Assembly (NCBI GenBank): GCA_003344405.1
Contig: NOWV01000016.1
Location: forward strand, 496,001-560,000
DNA from: Trichoplax sp. H2
Taxonomy: Eukaryota
Direction: 5' to 3'
Length of the DNA stretch: 64,000 nt
Below, one piece after another: positions 13,601 to 27,694 of this stretch. The position numbers were made by a program, and so were the translations under genes. Each line of letters begins with the position of its first letter. The stretch's first letter is position 1. Under the pieces are notes generated by a model. The model was not told where the DNA came from. It worked only from the letters and a program-made list of their open reading frames with translations, and searched no databases.

Positions 13601-15939
13601 TGACAGAGTATAAGAGAAGCACTTGTACTGTTGAGTTATTGATTGGATTTTTTTAATTTCATTTTTCAAGTTGAACGAATCAATTGTGATAATGTTACGC
13701 TCGAATAAAAATATAGTACAGTACAGTATAATGGTCAAAGTTTTTGAACCATCGAACGGCAGTCTGATAGCTAATTCGATAGTGCCATCGTTGAAGCAAT
13801 ACTTGTAAATTAAGACATTAGTATTTTGTCGGATTAATAGGATTAATTGAATCTATTATTGAGTTTGGTTAGTGTTTGTGGTAATAATGCGGTTTAAGTT
13901 ATAATGACATAGTGAATATAAAACTACGTTAGGTATAATAAAGAGAGATTCTATCGTATACATGTAAATGCGAATTATTATATGATTAGAATGTGATACT
14001 GAAATCAGATCAATTTGATACAAATATGAAAGCGTATAGTTTGATGGCTATACTGTATTTCATCTATCTACTCTATTGGCATAACAAATCAACAGAAAAT
14101 TGAACATGTGTATTTTGCTGTATCAGGCGGATAATAATCATAATAATATTAATTCTTAATGGAAACACTGAAAGCGATTAATTAATCTACTCTATAAACA
14201 ATAATCCCTATTAATGTGATAAAAGTACGGTATACCGGCTTTTCACCTAGATAAAAAAGTAAAAGTCGGTATACTTTAATCCTATTTCTATTACATTTGG
14301 ATCAGAAATCAACACAAGGTTGATTACGCCTATTTTATCTTGGAAAAAAACTATTCTGCTACTGTATCAAGATGGGGTAATCTTAATTTCATCGTTCAAA
14401 TGCTGAAAGTGACTAATTACGTATCTAATTCAGAAATAAATTGTTCAAAAGATAAACTTGATATGAATAAAAGTCAAAATGTAAAGTCAAGTTTATGAGT
14501 AAAGTGAATGATTAGAAGATTGTGCCCAATATTGCTGGTACTCATGGCATCGTTATTCGTCAGCAGAACAACTACTGTACAGTTTCCTTCGTTTGTAATA
14601 GCATGCTGCTTGTGCAATGACAGACTAGCTTAGCAGGTGTTTTTACAACTGAAAATTAAATAGGAAATTGACGACGTATCCCTGCAGTTTGCCTAAAGCG
14701 AACGCTGTAGTCTAGACATTGAAGAATATTTCAATTTGAAATGTGGTGTAATCATGGAGTTATCATGGCAAATAGTCCAGCATGTAGATTGCTGCTATTG
14801 CATTAGTCTGATGATGATTACAGTTACTGTCCAAAATAACATTGATATCGGGCGAATGAATTGTCGCTTTAGAACGACTACGTACAATGCTAAACTGGTG
14901 GATAGGTTGAAGAAAATAATTAATCTCCGATATTGGAATTTTGATACGATCTGCTTGATTCCTTTTGCATATTCATCAGTCATGTGATGAATACCCGAGA
15001 TTGGGAAATAAAAGGATGAGAATTGAAATGAATAAGCAAGTATAAAATAAAGTAAGAGCGTTGTCTTGAGGATGTGATTTTTGGACATGAAAGAAATGGT
15101 TTTATCCATCGCATCTCATAATAAGATGCAATCTGTTGGATTAGTTTAAACACTAATTCATCATCTGGTGTTCATCTCAGTTGGGATTTTGGAGACAATA
15201 TGCAATGTTGGTGTGAAGAAGAAGAAGGCAGTCCATTACTCTACACGTACATAACTATCATGAAAGTATGATGATTTAACACTGGACTACAATCTTATGT
15301 TTCATCAATTCAGCGCAACAACAACATCGTCTAAACAAGACTTCAGGCAAACTCCTTCTCTACGTGTCTATCACGAGCTAGTCGTCGTTTGAAGGGATCG
15401 TCGATGATGATCTGTAGGCGATCATTTCTATTGACGTACAATAGTAGTATGGAGAAGAAGAAGTAAAGATCAAGTTGTCTATTGCCATTTTATGTTCATT
15501 CAATCAAGCGTAACAACACCATTGACTCAATGCGTCGATGGCGAACAAGTCGTCATTTTAAAGGGATCGCTGATGATCAGTGGTAGTATCGAACGATGAA
15601 AATAATCTCTGGGTTGGTCCAAGTGTAGGCAATGTCTTAGTGGCACTGGATCATCATTGATATTCATTCAATCCAGTAGACCAACGTTATCGCCTAACAA
15701 GACGCCCATCATCATCATCATCATGGCACTTTTAGGCGTTGACCATCTACACTAGTCTCGTCTATAGTACGCGTAGTTGCACACTGATTGACAATGAATG
15801 ATCGATACGTGTATCATGAATTATCTTACTTGTATTCCTTCTTTTCGGCAATACTCATACATGATCCACGCTTGGAATAGGCGATAATAATGGATACCAG
15901 TAAGAAGGCCAAGGCATGCAGTAATATCTTGATCGTCAT
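7633..15939 (-). CDS. EDEM3: ER degradation-enhancing alpha-mannosidase-like 3 (GH47 plus PA domain)
   Basis: 21 exons: 15939-15830 (signal peptide [22 protein letters not shown]), 13381-13336, 12359-12259, 11638-11599, 11446-11334, 11220-11064, 10972-10838, 10744-10639, 10484-10387, 10287-10162, 10088-10005, 9931-9848, 9764-9640, 9563-9413, 9297-9140, 9056-8915, 8764-8680, 8576-8350, 8274-8229, 8130-7951, 7832-7633. Motifs: [45 protein letters not shown], and the PA domain AGPAQFG...[11 protein letters not shown]. Confidence 0.95.
15215..15710. repeat. Degenerate repeat (unit about 190 bp, about 3 copies) in EDEM3 intron 1
   Basis: Recurrent ttcat(t)caat..agcg.aacaaca and gtcgtc.ttt.aagggatcg..gatgat segments. 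Confidence 0.55.
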
Positions 15940-16351
15940 CTTCTCCTTGCCTTCATTCGTTTCGGTAGCCACTTTTTCCCTTGGGTTAGACTCTTGTACC
16001 TCTTGTTGTTCTATCTTGACAATGTCGTTTCACTCTTTTACTCCGATCGATTTCTTACTCGTTGTAACGGCAGGAATCATCGATCACATTGACAGCACAC
16101 ACAACACATACAAATAGCAACAATCTTTCGTCTCTAATCTGTAAGCAATAAATCAAATGAAGGATTGGATGATAGAACAACGAAGATTGGTGGGGGGGGG
16201 GGGATAGTCGATTGATTGATTGATGTTTCTACGTTCTCCTTGCTGCCACCAAGGCACTCAGTGGGTCTGCCGAGGTTATGCAATCGAGACTGCGTCCAGT
16301 ATGCCACTGGATGCGTACTTGCGTACTCTGAACGCTTACCGTATTGATTTT

Positions 16352-18580
16352 CAGTCTAGTACTGTACTCAGTCGGCTCCAGCTGACGTCTCCGTCCGTAA
16401 TCGAGGTTTGAGTTGCTCGCCATCAGCCGGACCGACGGCTGCAGCGTCATCAGTCCAGTCTACAGTACAGTAGAACTGTACTCAGTCGGCTCCAGTTGAC
16501 GTCTCCGAGGGTTGAGTCTTCCAACCAGTTGTTGGCCATCAGCCGGACCGACAGCTGAGTCATCAGTCCAGTCTAGAACTGTACTCAGTCGGCTCCAGCT
16601 GACGTCTCCGAGACTCCGTCCGTAATCGAGGTTTGAGTTGCTCGCCATCAGCCGGACCGACGGCTGCAGCGTCATCAGTCCAGTCTACAGTAGAACTGTA
16701 CTCAGTCGGCTCCAGCTGACGTCTCCGAGGCTTGAGTCTTGCAACCAGTTGTTGGCCATCAGCCGGACCGACAGCTGAGTCATCAGTCCAGTCTAGACTC
16801 TAGAACTGTACTCAGTCGGCTCCAGCTGACGTCTCCGAGGCTTGAGTCTTCCAACCAGTTGTTGGCCATCAGCCGGACCGACAGCTGAGTCATCAGTCCA
16901 GTCTAGAACTGTACTCAGTCGTCTCCAGGCTCCAGCTGACGTCTTCGAGACTCCGTCCATAATCGAGGTTTGAGTTGCTCGCCATCAGCCGGACCGACGG
17001 CTGCTGCGTCATCAGTCCAGCCATCAGCCGGACCGACAGCTGAGTCATCAGTCCAGTCTAGTACTGTACTGTACAGTATTCAGTCGGCTCCAGGCTCCAG
17101 CTGACGACTCCGAGACTCCGTAATCGAGGTTTGAGTTGCTCGCCATCAGCCGGACCGACGGCTGTAGCGTCATCAGTCCAGTCTAGAACTGTACACAGTC
17201 GGCTCCAGCTGACGTTTCCGAGGCTTGAGTCTTCCAACCAGTTGTTGGCCATCAGCCGGACCGACAGTTGAGTCATCAGTCCAGTCTAGAACTGCACTCA
17301 GTCGGCTCCAGCTGACGTTTCCGAGGCTTGAGTCTTCCAACCAGTTGTTGGCCATCAGCCGGACCGACAGCTGAGTCATCAGTCCAGTCTAGAACTGCAC
17401 TCAGTCGGCTCCAGCTGACGTTTCCGAGGCTTNNNNNNNNNNNNNNNNNNNNGACGGCTGCAGCGTCATCAGTCCAGTCTACAGTACAGTAGAACTGTAC
17501 TCAGTCGGCTCCAGTTGACGTCTCCGAGGGTTGAGTCTTCCAACCAGTTGTTGGCCATCAGCCGGACCGACAGCTGAGTCATCAGTCCAGTCTAGAACTG
17601 TACTCAGTCGGCTCCAGCTGACGTCTCCGAGACTCCGTCCGTAATCGAGGTTTGAGTTGCTCGCCATCAGCCGGACCGACGGCTGCAGCGTCATCAGTCC
17701 AGTCTACAGTAGAACTGCACTCAGTCGGCTCCAGCTGACGTCTCCGAGGTTTGAGTGACTCTACTTGAGTCTTCCAACTAGTTGTTGGCCATCAGCCGGA
17801 CCGACAGCTGAGTCATCAGTCCAGTCTAGATTCTAGAACTGTACTCAGTCGGCTCCAGCTGACGTCTCCGAGACTCCGTAATCGAGGTTTGAGTTGCTCG
17901 CCATCAGCCGGACCGACGGCTGCAGCGTCATCAGTCCAGTCTACAGTAGAACTGTACTCAGTCGGCTCCAGCTGACGTCTCCGAGGCTTGAGTCTTGCAA
18001 CCAGTTGTTGGCCATCAGCCGGACCGACAGCTGAGTCATCAGTCCAGTCTAGACTCTAGAACTGTACTCAGTCGGCTCCAGCTGACGTTTCCGAGGCTTG
18101 AGTCTTCCAACCAGTTGTTGGCCATCAGCCGGACCGACAGCTGAGTCATCAGTCCAGTCTAGAACTGTACTCAGTCGGCTCCAGCTGACGTCTCCGAGAC
18201 TCCGTTAATCGAGGCTTGAGTCTTCAATCCAGTTGTTAGTCATCAGCCGGACCGACAGCTGAGTCATCCATCTAGTCTAAAACTGTACGCAATCGGCTCC
18301 AGGCTGACGTTTCCGAGACTCCGTAATCGAGGCTTGAGTCTTGGATCGAGTTGTTCACCATCAGCCGGACCGACGGCAGAGTCATCGGTCCAGTCTAGAA
18401 CTGTACTTGACGTCCTGTGACCGTTGACGATCCAGTTGAAGTGACCGCTTACCTCCTACCGTATGCATTTTCACTCTAGTACTGTACTGTACTCAGTCGG
18501 CTGCAGGTGACGTCTGCGAACTGCGTAATCGAGGCTTGAGTCTTGGACCCAGTGGTTGGCCGTCAGCCGGACCGACGGAG
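16352..18580. repeat. GC-rich complex tandem repeat (two interleaved unit types of about 100-120 bp), interrupted by a 20-N gap at 17433-17452
   Basis: Shared core tcagtccagtcta(gaactgtac)tcagtcggctccagctgacgtctccgag...gccatcagccggaccgac, with alternative middles gcttgagtcttccaaccagttgttg or actccgtaatcgaggtttgagttgctc. Copies degenerate at both ends. Confidence 0.97.
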
Positions 18581-19099
18581 AAAGTGGCTCGATCATTTCG
18601 ACTCTGAAAAGTACAGTATAGCAGAGCACAGTACTTTACACTGTGCTGCCATGGAGTACTGTAGACTTATGCTACAGATAGACGGTAGGATGGCCGTTGT
18701 TACCGGTTCCCAAGCAAAGCGATGATTTAACTGCTGGAGAAAGTGCCTCCATCATTTTGATATTCGTCTACAATCACCAAAGTGCAAGACTACATTATTA
18801 CTTGAAAACGCTGAAAGGAGCACCAAGGTATTTGACATTGTCAAGGGATCCATTGGATCGTCTACTCTTGCTTGTAGTCAATCGATCGAGTTTACTGTCA
18901 CTCGCTAGCCTTGATCGCAGTCTTGCTACCCTTGGAAATGTGGTAGAGGCATTGCTGGCAATACAACACAATATACACGATTCATCGATACTAGCTAGAG
19001 GCTAAAGATTGGACATTTCCATCGTCAAGACAAGAAGAATCGCCTGCCTTTTTTTAGTCTATTATTCTTATACTTTCCCTACTCGGCTATCTTGTAAGC

Positions 19100-22000
19100 A
19101 TGACATCGAGAAGCAAGTAAGAAAACACAGTGATGTAATAATGATGCTTGTTACAAATGGAAATAATTGCAACATTGGTTTAGTTACGCCTGTTTCAACA
19201 GTCCTTGTTACAACTGTATGAGATGGCAATACTTTATTTCTCAATACAGTACAAGAGTATATGTAGCTAGACAAACTGCACTTTTGCCAGGCAGTTGTGA
19301 AGCTTACGATAGAAGTAGGTAAAATCTTGTATTGTACTACAGCCTACAATAGGTTACTGATCTGCATCTTTTAGTCATCAAGTTGATAAAGGACTCGTCT
19401 CTTTCGCCATCTTTACTTTCAATCACGACTCTAGATTCGATCGGAGAACTGGCTTGTTTTATTGACACGCCAATCGCCAGATATTACACAAACCCTAGTG
19501 TTTTCTTAGCATAGCATGATTAGCATCCTTGTATTTCCTATTCCCAACGAGTTTACTACAGTAAAAGAGTCTTTGATATCTAAAACACGCACACACAACG
19601 GTTGCAAAACAAGACGTCATCAGCAACTATTCTACTTTATTGATTGCAACACTGCTCAGTATAGTCGACGATGAAATACTCTGTTCCTATCTGATTGCAT
19701 TCCAAAAGTATTTTACTATTTCAGCATTTTGTCATCTCATGCATTCATTTTATATCTACCTGTACTGGAATATAGGGCTACCACCGGCATTCAGATACGA
19801 TGCCCTAGACATCCCCAAGCTAACCTGATTGAAGATTATAGTGCTGGCGATATCGTTTGTCCAGAATGTGGTTTAGTAGTTGGAGATCGGTATGTCAATT
19901 TCTTAACGACAAGGACTAAAAAAACGATTGTGATTGATGCAGTATAGATGTGTACATACAGCTTGTACAAATTGTATCGATATTTGCTTTATGATCATTC
20001 TTTATAGTACATTCTCTATCGTAGTAATTTACTCCTTCCTAGATGTCGAATTGAATATCATGCCCCTTTAATAGTACTTTCAGTTTGAAATCAAACCTAA
20101 AGTGTTTTACAGTACATCAGTACTATCTAATTGATATACGAGTACGTAATAGTATCAGAGAAGAATCCAGCTTGTGCAACTCTGAAGTTAATTGAAGCTA
20201 GTATAGATCTGCTGATGTAGAATAATTTTTAAACAATTGTGAATAACATATTGAAATCCATCGTTGTCCAATTTACTGTAATCAGCTTATTGGCAGTTCC
20301 TGGTAGAGAAAACCTTAGTACAGTACAACACTACTGTATGATTGTATCATAGTCGTAAAAACTACCTCTAACGATTGTATAAATTAATTCTGGTTTCCAA
20401 TAATTATTTACCTGTAACATATACTGTATATATTGTTATCCCATAGAATGAGAAATACTCATTATACTCGTAGTCACGTATATCTGGAATTAAAATTGAC
20501 AGTATATTTTTGATTGTTGTACCTAAACTTTAGCTTAAAATAATTCTCCTAGTTCACAAGAATCCTTCAATTTCATACAACATGGATGAATAAACATTAC
20601 GATATGGATAGTTTAGTTATAAAACTTATTTAATGCTATCATTTAGGATCATTGATGTTGGATCCGAATGGAGAACATTTAGCAATGAAAAGGCTCGATC
20701 TGATCCATCTCGTGTTGGTGCTAGCGAGGTGGGATATAGTCTATTCTACTCTGTTATAGTATCCAGCTTAGTAACAATTTACTAAAACACAGCTAATGCG
20801 TGTACTATGAATTGAACCACCTCTACTGAACTCTTAGATGATGATATCATTTATCATTTCTTTTAAAATGCTTACCAAATTGATAAACTTGATTCAGTTG
20901 AATAATGTTTACAGCTATAATTTCATTATAATACAAAGTACCCAAAGAAGCTAATCGGATTCTAGCCCGTAAAATTCTACTAATCCTGAATATCATTTAT
21001 ACAGTGATACAATACTACTGTAGTAATTGTACAATTGCTTCATCAATGACCTTTTCAGTTGTATGAAAGAAATTGATCATGATGCTTATGTCTTATTTGT
21101 AGAATCCATTACTGAATGGCAGTGATCTAACCACTGTCATTGGTAAGTCGCCATCAGGTTCAGCAGCTTACGATGTTGATGGCAACGCACTATACCGGAA
21201 TCGCTCTGCGGTAATGTAAAAATATTCGATCTTAAAAGACTGCAAACTTTATCACTAGAAATACTGTACTTATATAGAGCTACTGCTATCATAAAACGTA
21301 TATGCAAATGCAAATATGGCATTATCTTGTCAATATGCAGTAAGTTGTTACGCTATACTGATTGCCGCACAGTACATTCTTACTATTGTATAGTTTCGTG
21401 ATATATCTTGAACGTCAAACGACTGCATTAAATTACAGATTAACAAGATCAATGTAGAAACTAGAGATTGATTGTATCGATTTTTCTGCATGAAACTTGA
21501 TTCTATCCTCTTGATGTAGCTACAACAGGCTAGTATATAGACTATCGTATCCTTATATCTACATCCTTACTCTAATTAGATGAATGGTACGGACAGAAGC
21601 TTAGTCAATGCCTTTCAGGAAATTGCAACCATGGCCGATCGAATTAACTTACCAAAAACGATTGTTGTAAGAAACTTTCTTCATAAATATCATGTAGCTA
21701 AATGAAAATTACCCTACTGTCTACAGTAATACAATATCGATCATTTATTAGGACCGGGCTAAAGTACTATTCAAACAAGGCTATGAATTGAAATCCCTCA
21801 AAGGCCGTAGTAATGATGCTCTAGCATCAGCTTCTTTATATATAGCTTGTCGGCAAGAAGGCGTCCCACGTACATTTAAGGGTAAGACTTTCTTCAAAGT
21901 AAGTATGAACACTGTAATACCCTCTACTGCTAATGCATTAAAATATCTTCATCTTAATGAAATACAGAAATTTGTGCTGTATCGAAAATATCAAAGAAAG

Positions 22001-22565
22001 AGATTGGACGATGTTTCAAAGCTATCCTTAAGGCCTTAGAAACTAATGTTGAAATGATATCAACACAAGATTTTATGGTAACTTGAACTCATGTCATGCA
22101 ACTTGTCAAGTTACACCATATCGCGCCTAATATCGATGTAATTCTTATTCCTTGCTAGTCTCGTTTTTGCTCCAATTTAAATTTGCCCAACTACGTTCAA
22201 AAAGCAGCCTCTCATATCGCTCATAGAGCTATCGAACTTGATCTTGCTCCAGGGTAATGTCGACTATTACAAGTATTTCTAATTATCTTTTAGATGAAGT
22301 AATTGAAAGGATAAATAATTGGAGCCTAACGGTTATTTGTAATTATTTGACTAGTCGAAGTCCTGTTTCCGTTACTGCTGCGGCGATCTATTTAGCGTCT
22401 CAAGCATCAGACACAAAGAAATCACAGAAAGAAATTGGAGATGTAGCTGGCGTTGCTGATGTCACTATACGACAGTCTTATCGATTATTACTTCCACGAT
22501 CAAAGGATCTATTTCCGGCAGATTTTGTATTCAAGACACCCATTGATCAATTACCGAGCGCTTAA
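19100..22565 (+). CDS. GTF2B: General transcription factor IIB
   Basis: Exons 19100-19116 (inferred 17-nt MTSRS(K) exon with a gtaag donor), 19776-19889, 20647-20728, 21103-21210, 21580-21666, 21752-21881, 21968-22077, 22159-22253, 22355-22565. Zn ribbon CPRH...[12 protein letters not shown]-reader [12 protein letters not shown], cyclin repeats [14 protein letters not shown] and [11 protein letters not shown]. Confidence 0.96.
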
Positions 22566-23062
22566 TTATCCTAGATAAATCTATTGTAATTCTACTATAA
22601 GCATGATTGGTTTAGAATCGATAACAATGTTGCATAGCAATTCAAGGATGTCTTCTTGATCATACCGATATCTCTCTACTTCGTTGTTATAGGTACTAGC
22701 CGTTGTTGTTGTAACTAGTGTAGAATAACATTTCTTCAGATAGAGCGAGGCACAAGCTTGGGTGATTTTAAAATTTTACATTACGATAGAACTATGTAGT
22801 TGACAGCTGCCATAACAACAAGTGCACGTTCAGTCGCTAGAGTGCTTCTAGAAGCTAACGTACGGTTAATTACCATACTTGTGCTTCTGGTCAATTTTAC
22901 AAACCATTCCGTATACTCTACAATAATTATAATTAGTCCAGTTTGGTCTATCAGCAATAACTTTATTAACAATTAAGAAAAGTAAATATTACAAGAAAAG
23001 AATCAACAGATACATTAAATCCTATATAGATCCCCAATTGATTCGCAATGAGGAATTACTAG

Positions 23063-26000
23063 TTAACGTTGCCCTTGCATATTTGGCGGCAAAAACATTG
23101 CTTTAAGTTGCGAAGACATCTGAGCAATTTCTGTATCATCCTGTACATGTGCTTGTATTGCTTGCGCAAATTGTAACGATCCTGTAGATACGCATAATGT
23201 ATGTAATAACATTAGTAATATCGTCAACTTGTACTTAATCGTTATGTGAATTCTCTACATTTAATAGTGCCACAACTAGACTTAAAATGTATGATGATTT
23301 GTGGTGAAATATTGATACTGAATTTTTTTAAAATTCCTAGAATAAAAGGTACCAGTGTTTTCACTATTCATTCAATCGCTTGAAAAACTTTTTAATAAGT
23401 TATAAAGCCCTCGCACATTGAGTATACTGTACATTAGTAAAGCAATGAAATTACTCTTGCCGCTTTCAATAATGTTGTATTAGACCCTACATATACTGCA
23501 ACTTTCCGGTTATCATCTGTTATTACAAGAGTAAATGGAAAGCGATCGGGACCATAAAGTAAGATCTGATTCAAGACGTTCATAGTCAGAAACTACTGTG
23601 CAGTAGTCCCTGTCATCGTATCAACCAGAGAGAACAGCGATACTTTTAACGTTCGCAATTACTGTGAGAAGGTAAAGTTGTGGGTAAATTCTATCATAAT
23701 CCAGTAAACCATGTTGGGTTGCTTGCCTAGGTCATCAAATATCTTCAACTATAGTTATAGTCAATTCTCAGAATACTGTACTATAACATGGGGGAATTTT
23801 TTTTCATCCTTTTTAAAATTAAAGTAGTAAAATATCAGTCTTCTCGGCCGTTACTAATACAGCTAACGAACAGCATATTTTGAGTGTACATCTAAGTAAT
23901 GTACATGCTATAAAGACACCTTAAAATACAATGCGAAAGTGCAATATACGCGTATAAAATTTAAATGTTAATATAAAACTACCCCACCAAATACAGTCGA
24001 TAATAAGATATCTTGCGACCCTGCAAAATTACCTTGTTGATCACTTGTGAAACCGTATTTTTCGATAACTCTTTGTTGTATTTGCGTTGCCACAGGTACT
24101 ACAATTTGCATCATTTTAAGTAAGTCTGTACCAGCTTCCTCGCGAGCAGCATTCATTTTCGCTAGATTTTCCGGTTCCGTGAAAGCTTGGACGACTTCCT
24201 TTAAGGCAGCTATAAATTACGTGTAGTTATTGCAATATCAATTAGTTCACAATGCGTATCAAGTTGCAATTTAATCGGAAGACTTTTATAGGGTAATTGT
24301 GACTGTTGAATATCGATAAAACCACAAGGTATCAATTTTTACATAATCTAAATCAATACGTATCATGTCATGATTTATCCTGTAGAATATTATCGGAGTA
24401 ATTATTACTTTACGTGACTATTTAACATTAATAAAGCCAGCAGCTATAACTTTTTATATATCTAAATCAATATGTATCAAGTGACGATCCAATCTGAAGA
24501 ATTTTTAGCAACTATAAACTCTTATATGTATAAATCAATAGGCATCAAGTTACGATCTATCCTGAAGATAGAATTTCATCAGGGTATTGTGACTCTAACT
24601 GACAATTGAATATTGGTAAAACCAACAGCTAAAACCTCTCATGCTCTATCCTGAATAATTTCATAAGGGTAATTGTGAATCTGTGAGACTGTTGAACATC
24701 GGCAATACCACAAGCTATAAACTCTCACATACGCGTATGTAAATTAACACGTATCTAGTCATAATCCTATCTTAAAGAATTTCAGCAGCTATAGATTCTT
24801 ACGTGTATCAATCCAATCACAACCTATCTCGACGAATTTCATTAGGGTAATTCTGATTGTGTAATTATTTAACTATTTAACATCGTAAAGTTCACTTTAC
24901 TCCAATAATAGCAAGTCAGTCAGGTTCTATCCTAAAGAATTTTATTCGGGTAATTATGACTCTATAACTGTTTAACATCGCGAAATTAACTTTACTACAT
25001 TAATAGCCAGTCAGGATCTATCCTAAAGATTTTTATGGGAAAGAATTGTAGCTGTTTATCGTCGTTCAATGCCGGCAGTTGCAAACTAGTACAATATCAT
25101 GGCGTATCAAGCCATGGTCTATCCTAAAGATTTTTGGTGGAGTCATAGTGACGGTTTAATATCGATAATTCAATATCAACTTCACTACATGTACAAGAGT
25201 AACAAGTTAGGATCTATCTTAAAGTTTTCAATAATGCGAGTTATAGCGAGGATACGCACGACTATGAATATATTCAACATTGTCTGCCGGGCAATGATTT
25301 GCAACTATGAATGTAGCCATCACATGCTACTTACAGACTATCCATTTCATATGGCTATTTATATCGTTTAGTACAAAAAGTAATCATCATGGCAATTTTG
25401 TGATCACAACAGCATATTCCATTGCCTATACAGTACTCGATCATCACGGTAAAAGCTGAATTGGACTTATTAAACCGAAATATTTCACTTCTATGACCCA
25501 AGGAGACCCTATCTTACTATGGTATTGACATGATATATGTGCTGTAATAAGTGATTTCATCATTGATCGATTTCCATTGGATTAGTGGTATCTAAAAGTC
25601 GATAAACATTGTTCAACGTTGGATCTTGATTCACCATTTACCTACAGTATACCATTTCCTGTATTCCTTTCTTTCACTGCGATAATTTTAAAATTGAAGT
25701 GCTCAACGTAAAAAATATTATTAATATAGATGTCGATAGATAATCAGTCATCGACGATCAGGGTTACGTACTGAAATTGATTCTAAACTATCAAGCATCC
25801 TAAGCTTCAAGATCCAAATCATAACAATATCGATGGACGTCTATTTTTCATTAAGCTATTCTTACTTCGATCGATTACCATTTTCACTACTATAATTAAT
25901 AGATAGGTAACGTATCCAATCACAAAAATCACCATCAAGTTTATTCGAACATCGTACGTGGCAATATGTTAATTGTGTAATACAGTAAGGCGATCGAAAG

Positions 26001-26378
26001 GGGGATAACCAAATAGATCAAATCAACTTCATTTATATCTCCATGACGGCATCCTTTCTTTCTTTCTTGCTCAATTAGTCTCAATATACGATAAGATGAA
26101 ATCGAATAGAGTGGGTCTTAAGCTACAATAGTTTATGGCATGACCATATTCATTGTCTACTACAGCAAACTAAATTTGTTGGCGGTAAAGTAAGTATAAA
26201 TGGTAGCAATCGCTTCAACAGAAGGATCATCTCTAATATAATCGTCTAAGTAATTGCACGTGTTCTATATTATCAATAAAGTAGAAGAACATTCTTAGTA
26301 ATTAACGATATTTTCTACAAGTTGGACAATCTCCTTACTTCGTGCTTCTTCGCGATTCAATTTGGGGACTGCGGCCAT
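23063..26378 (-). CDS. C12orf57: Protein C10 homologue
   Basis: Exons 26378-26339, 24209-24033, 23181-23063 give MAAVPKLNREEARTALKEVVQAFTEPENLAKMNAAREEAGTDLLKMMQIVVPVATQIQQRVIEKYGF...EIAQMSSQLKAMFLPP, matching the C10 family signature PVATQIQQEVIKAYGF. Confidence 0.92.
24255..25230. repeat. Highly degenerate tandem repeat (units of about 100-140 bp) in C10 intron 1
   Basis: Repeated ctatcctaaaga(a)ttt, gggtaattgtgact and taaatcaata.gtatcaagt motifs. Confidence 0.75.
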
Positions 26379-27025
26379 TTTGAACTGCAGCTCTCTTCAC
26401 TGTGTAAAATCAAACGCTCAAGCTGTAACTTTCTACAATGGAAAAGTTGATGGTACTGACAGGAGGACTCCAAGGAAAACTCGATAGACTCCTTTCAATG
26501 CCTTTCAGTACTCAATAGGATTCCAGCCACATGTCCGTCTGGTAACCGTTATGGCTTCCAGACTTCAAGACGGGCAAAAATGGGCATACAAAATTCATAA
26601 CCAATGGATATTTTCTGCATAAACAGAATAAATTCATTATTGTACTCGTATTGTCTTTCAACATGGTGCCATCTGTATACTATCCATATATTAATAATCA
26701 TAATAATAAATACAGTAGGTAAACCTCCTTCACTCGGAAGGATATTTCAAGATTCTACGAAATACCAATATGAACAAATTATTATTTACAATGAATTGAA
26801 TTTTAATAATACGCTGCACCAGTATAAAAGATGAGAGTATTCTACACTAATATGGTCTTCCAGCACTTGAAAGGAAATGTGAAAATTTCCGCGGTAATTA
26901 TAAGAGTAAGAAAAATAAGAATGCAACGAAATGAGGAAAGATCTCCTATTCTGTACTACAGTATATGAGATTGCCTTTCTAGGATAAAGAAAAATATAAT
27001 CATTTATAGTAATGAGAAAATAATT

Positions 27026-27694
27026 ATTGGCGTTTATACCGAATTAAGAGGATAAATATCCTATGCAGTTATTGTCTCAGCATAATATCATCCGATAACT
27101 GTAGAATCAGTAATGATAGTGTCTCTGTAATAATAAATACATTATACACTACGATTAGAGAAAGGGAAAGCAAGAAAATAATCGACATTGATGCTCAATT
27201 ATGAAGATCGATATTCATCGGATAACTGTACAATAAGTGATGATAGCCTGTGTAATAACGAATACAGTATACAGTACAATTTAANNNNNNNNNNNNNNNN
27301 NNNNTCAGATTACTTTAGACTAGATTCTTGTGAGTAATTAATTATTGCTGTACTATTCTTTAGAACCTTGTAATAAAAAGCTTTTATAGTACTGGATTCC
27401 TCTGTGGACTAAAATTACTGTGGAAACGATATTACAATTGGCGTTTATACCGAATTAAGAGGATAAATATCCTATGCAGTTATTGTCTCAGCATAATATC
27501 ATCCGATAACTGTAGAATCAGTAATGATAGTGTCTCTGTAATAATAAATACAATATACACTACGATTAGAGAAAGGGAAAGCAAGAAAATAATCGACATT
27601 GATGCTCAATTATGAAGATCGATATTCATCGGATAACTGTACAATAAGTGATGATAGCCTCTGTAATAACGAATACAGTATACAGTACAATTTA
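27026..27694. repeat. Near-identical duplication of about 260 bp flanking a 20-N gap
   Basis: 27026-27284 is repeated at about 27437-27694; the gap is at 27285-27304. Confidence 0.9.

Noticed and set aside
16352-18580. CRISPR-like appearance (constant core with alternating middles) and repeated ORFs (MTLQPSVRLMA..., MTQLSVRLMA...)
   Set aside because: The 'spacers' are only two recurring variants, there are no cas genes and the context is eukaryotic. The ORFs are short by-products of the repeat.
18811-18827. CTG-initiated 17-nt first exon for TFIIB (CTGAAAGGAGCACCAAG|gt)
   Set aside because: An ATG-initiated 17-nt exon with a stronger gtaag donor exists at 19100-19116. The upstream donor may belong to a 5' UTR exon.
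26380-26580. Possible U7 snRNA next to C12orf57 (as in human); cagctctctt and a nearby hairpin
   Set aside because: No U7-type Sm site followed by a terminal hairpin, and the match lies antisense in the C10 5' region.
27026-27694. Duplication of about 260 bp
   Set aside because: It flanks a 20-N gap and is nearly identical, so it is a probable assembly overlap.
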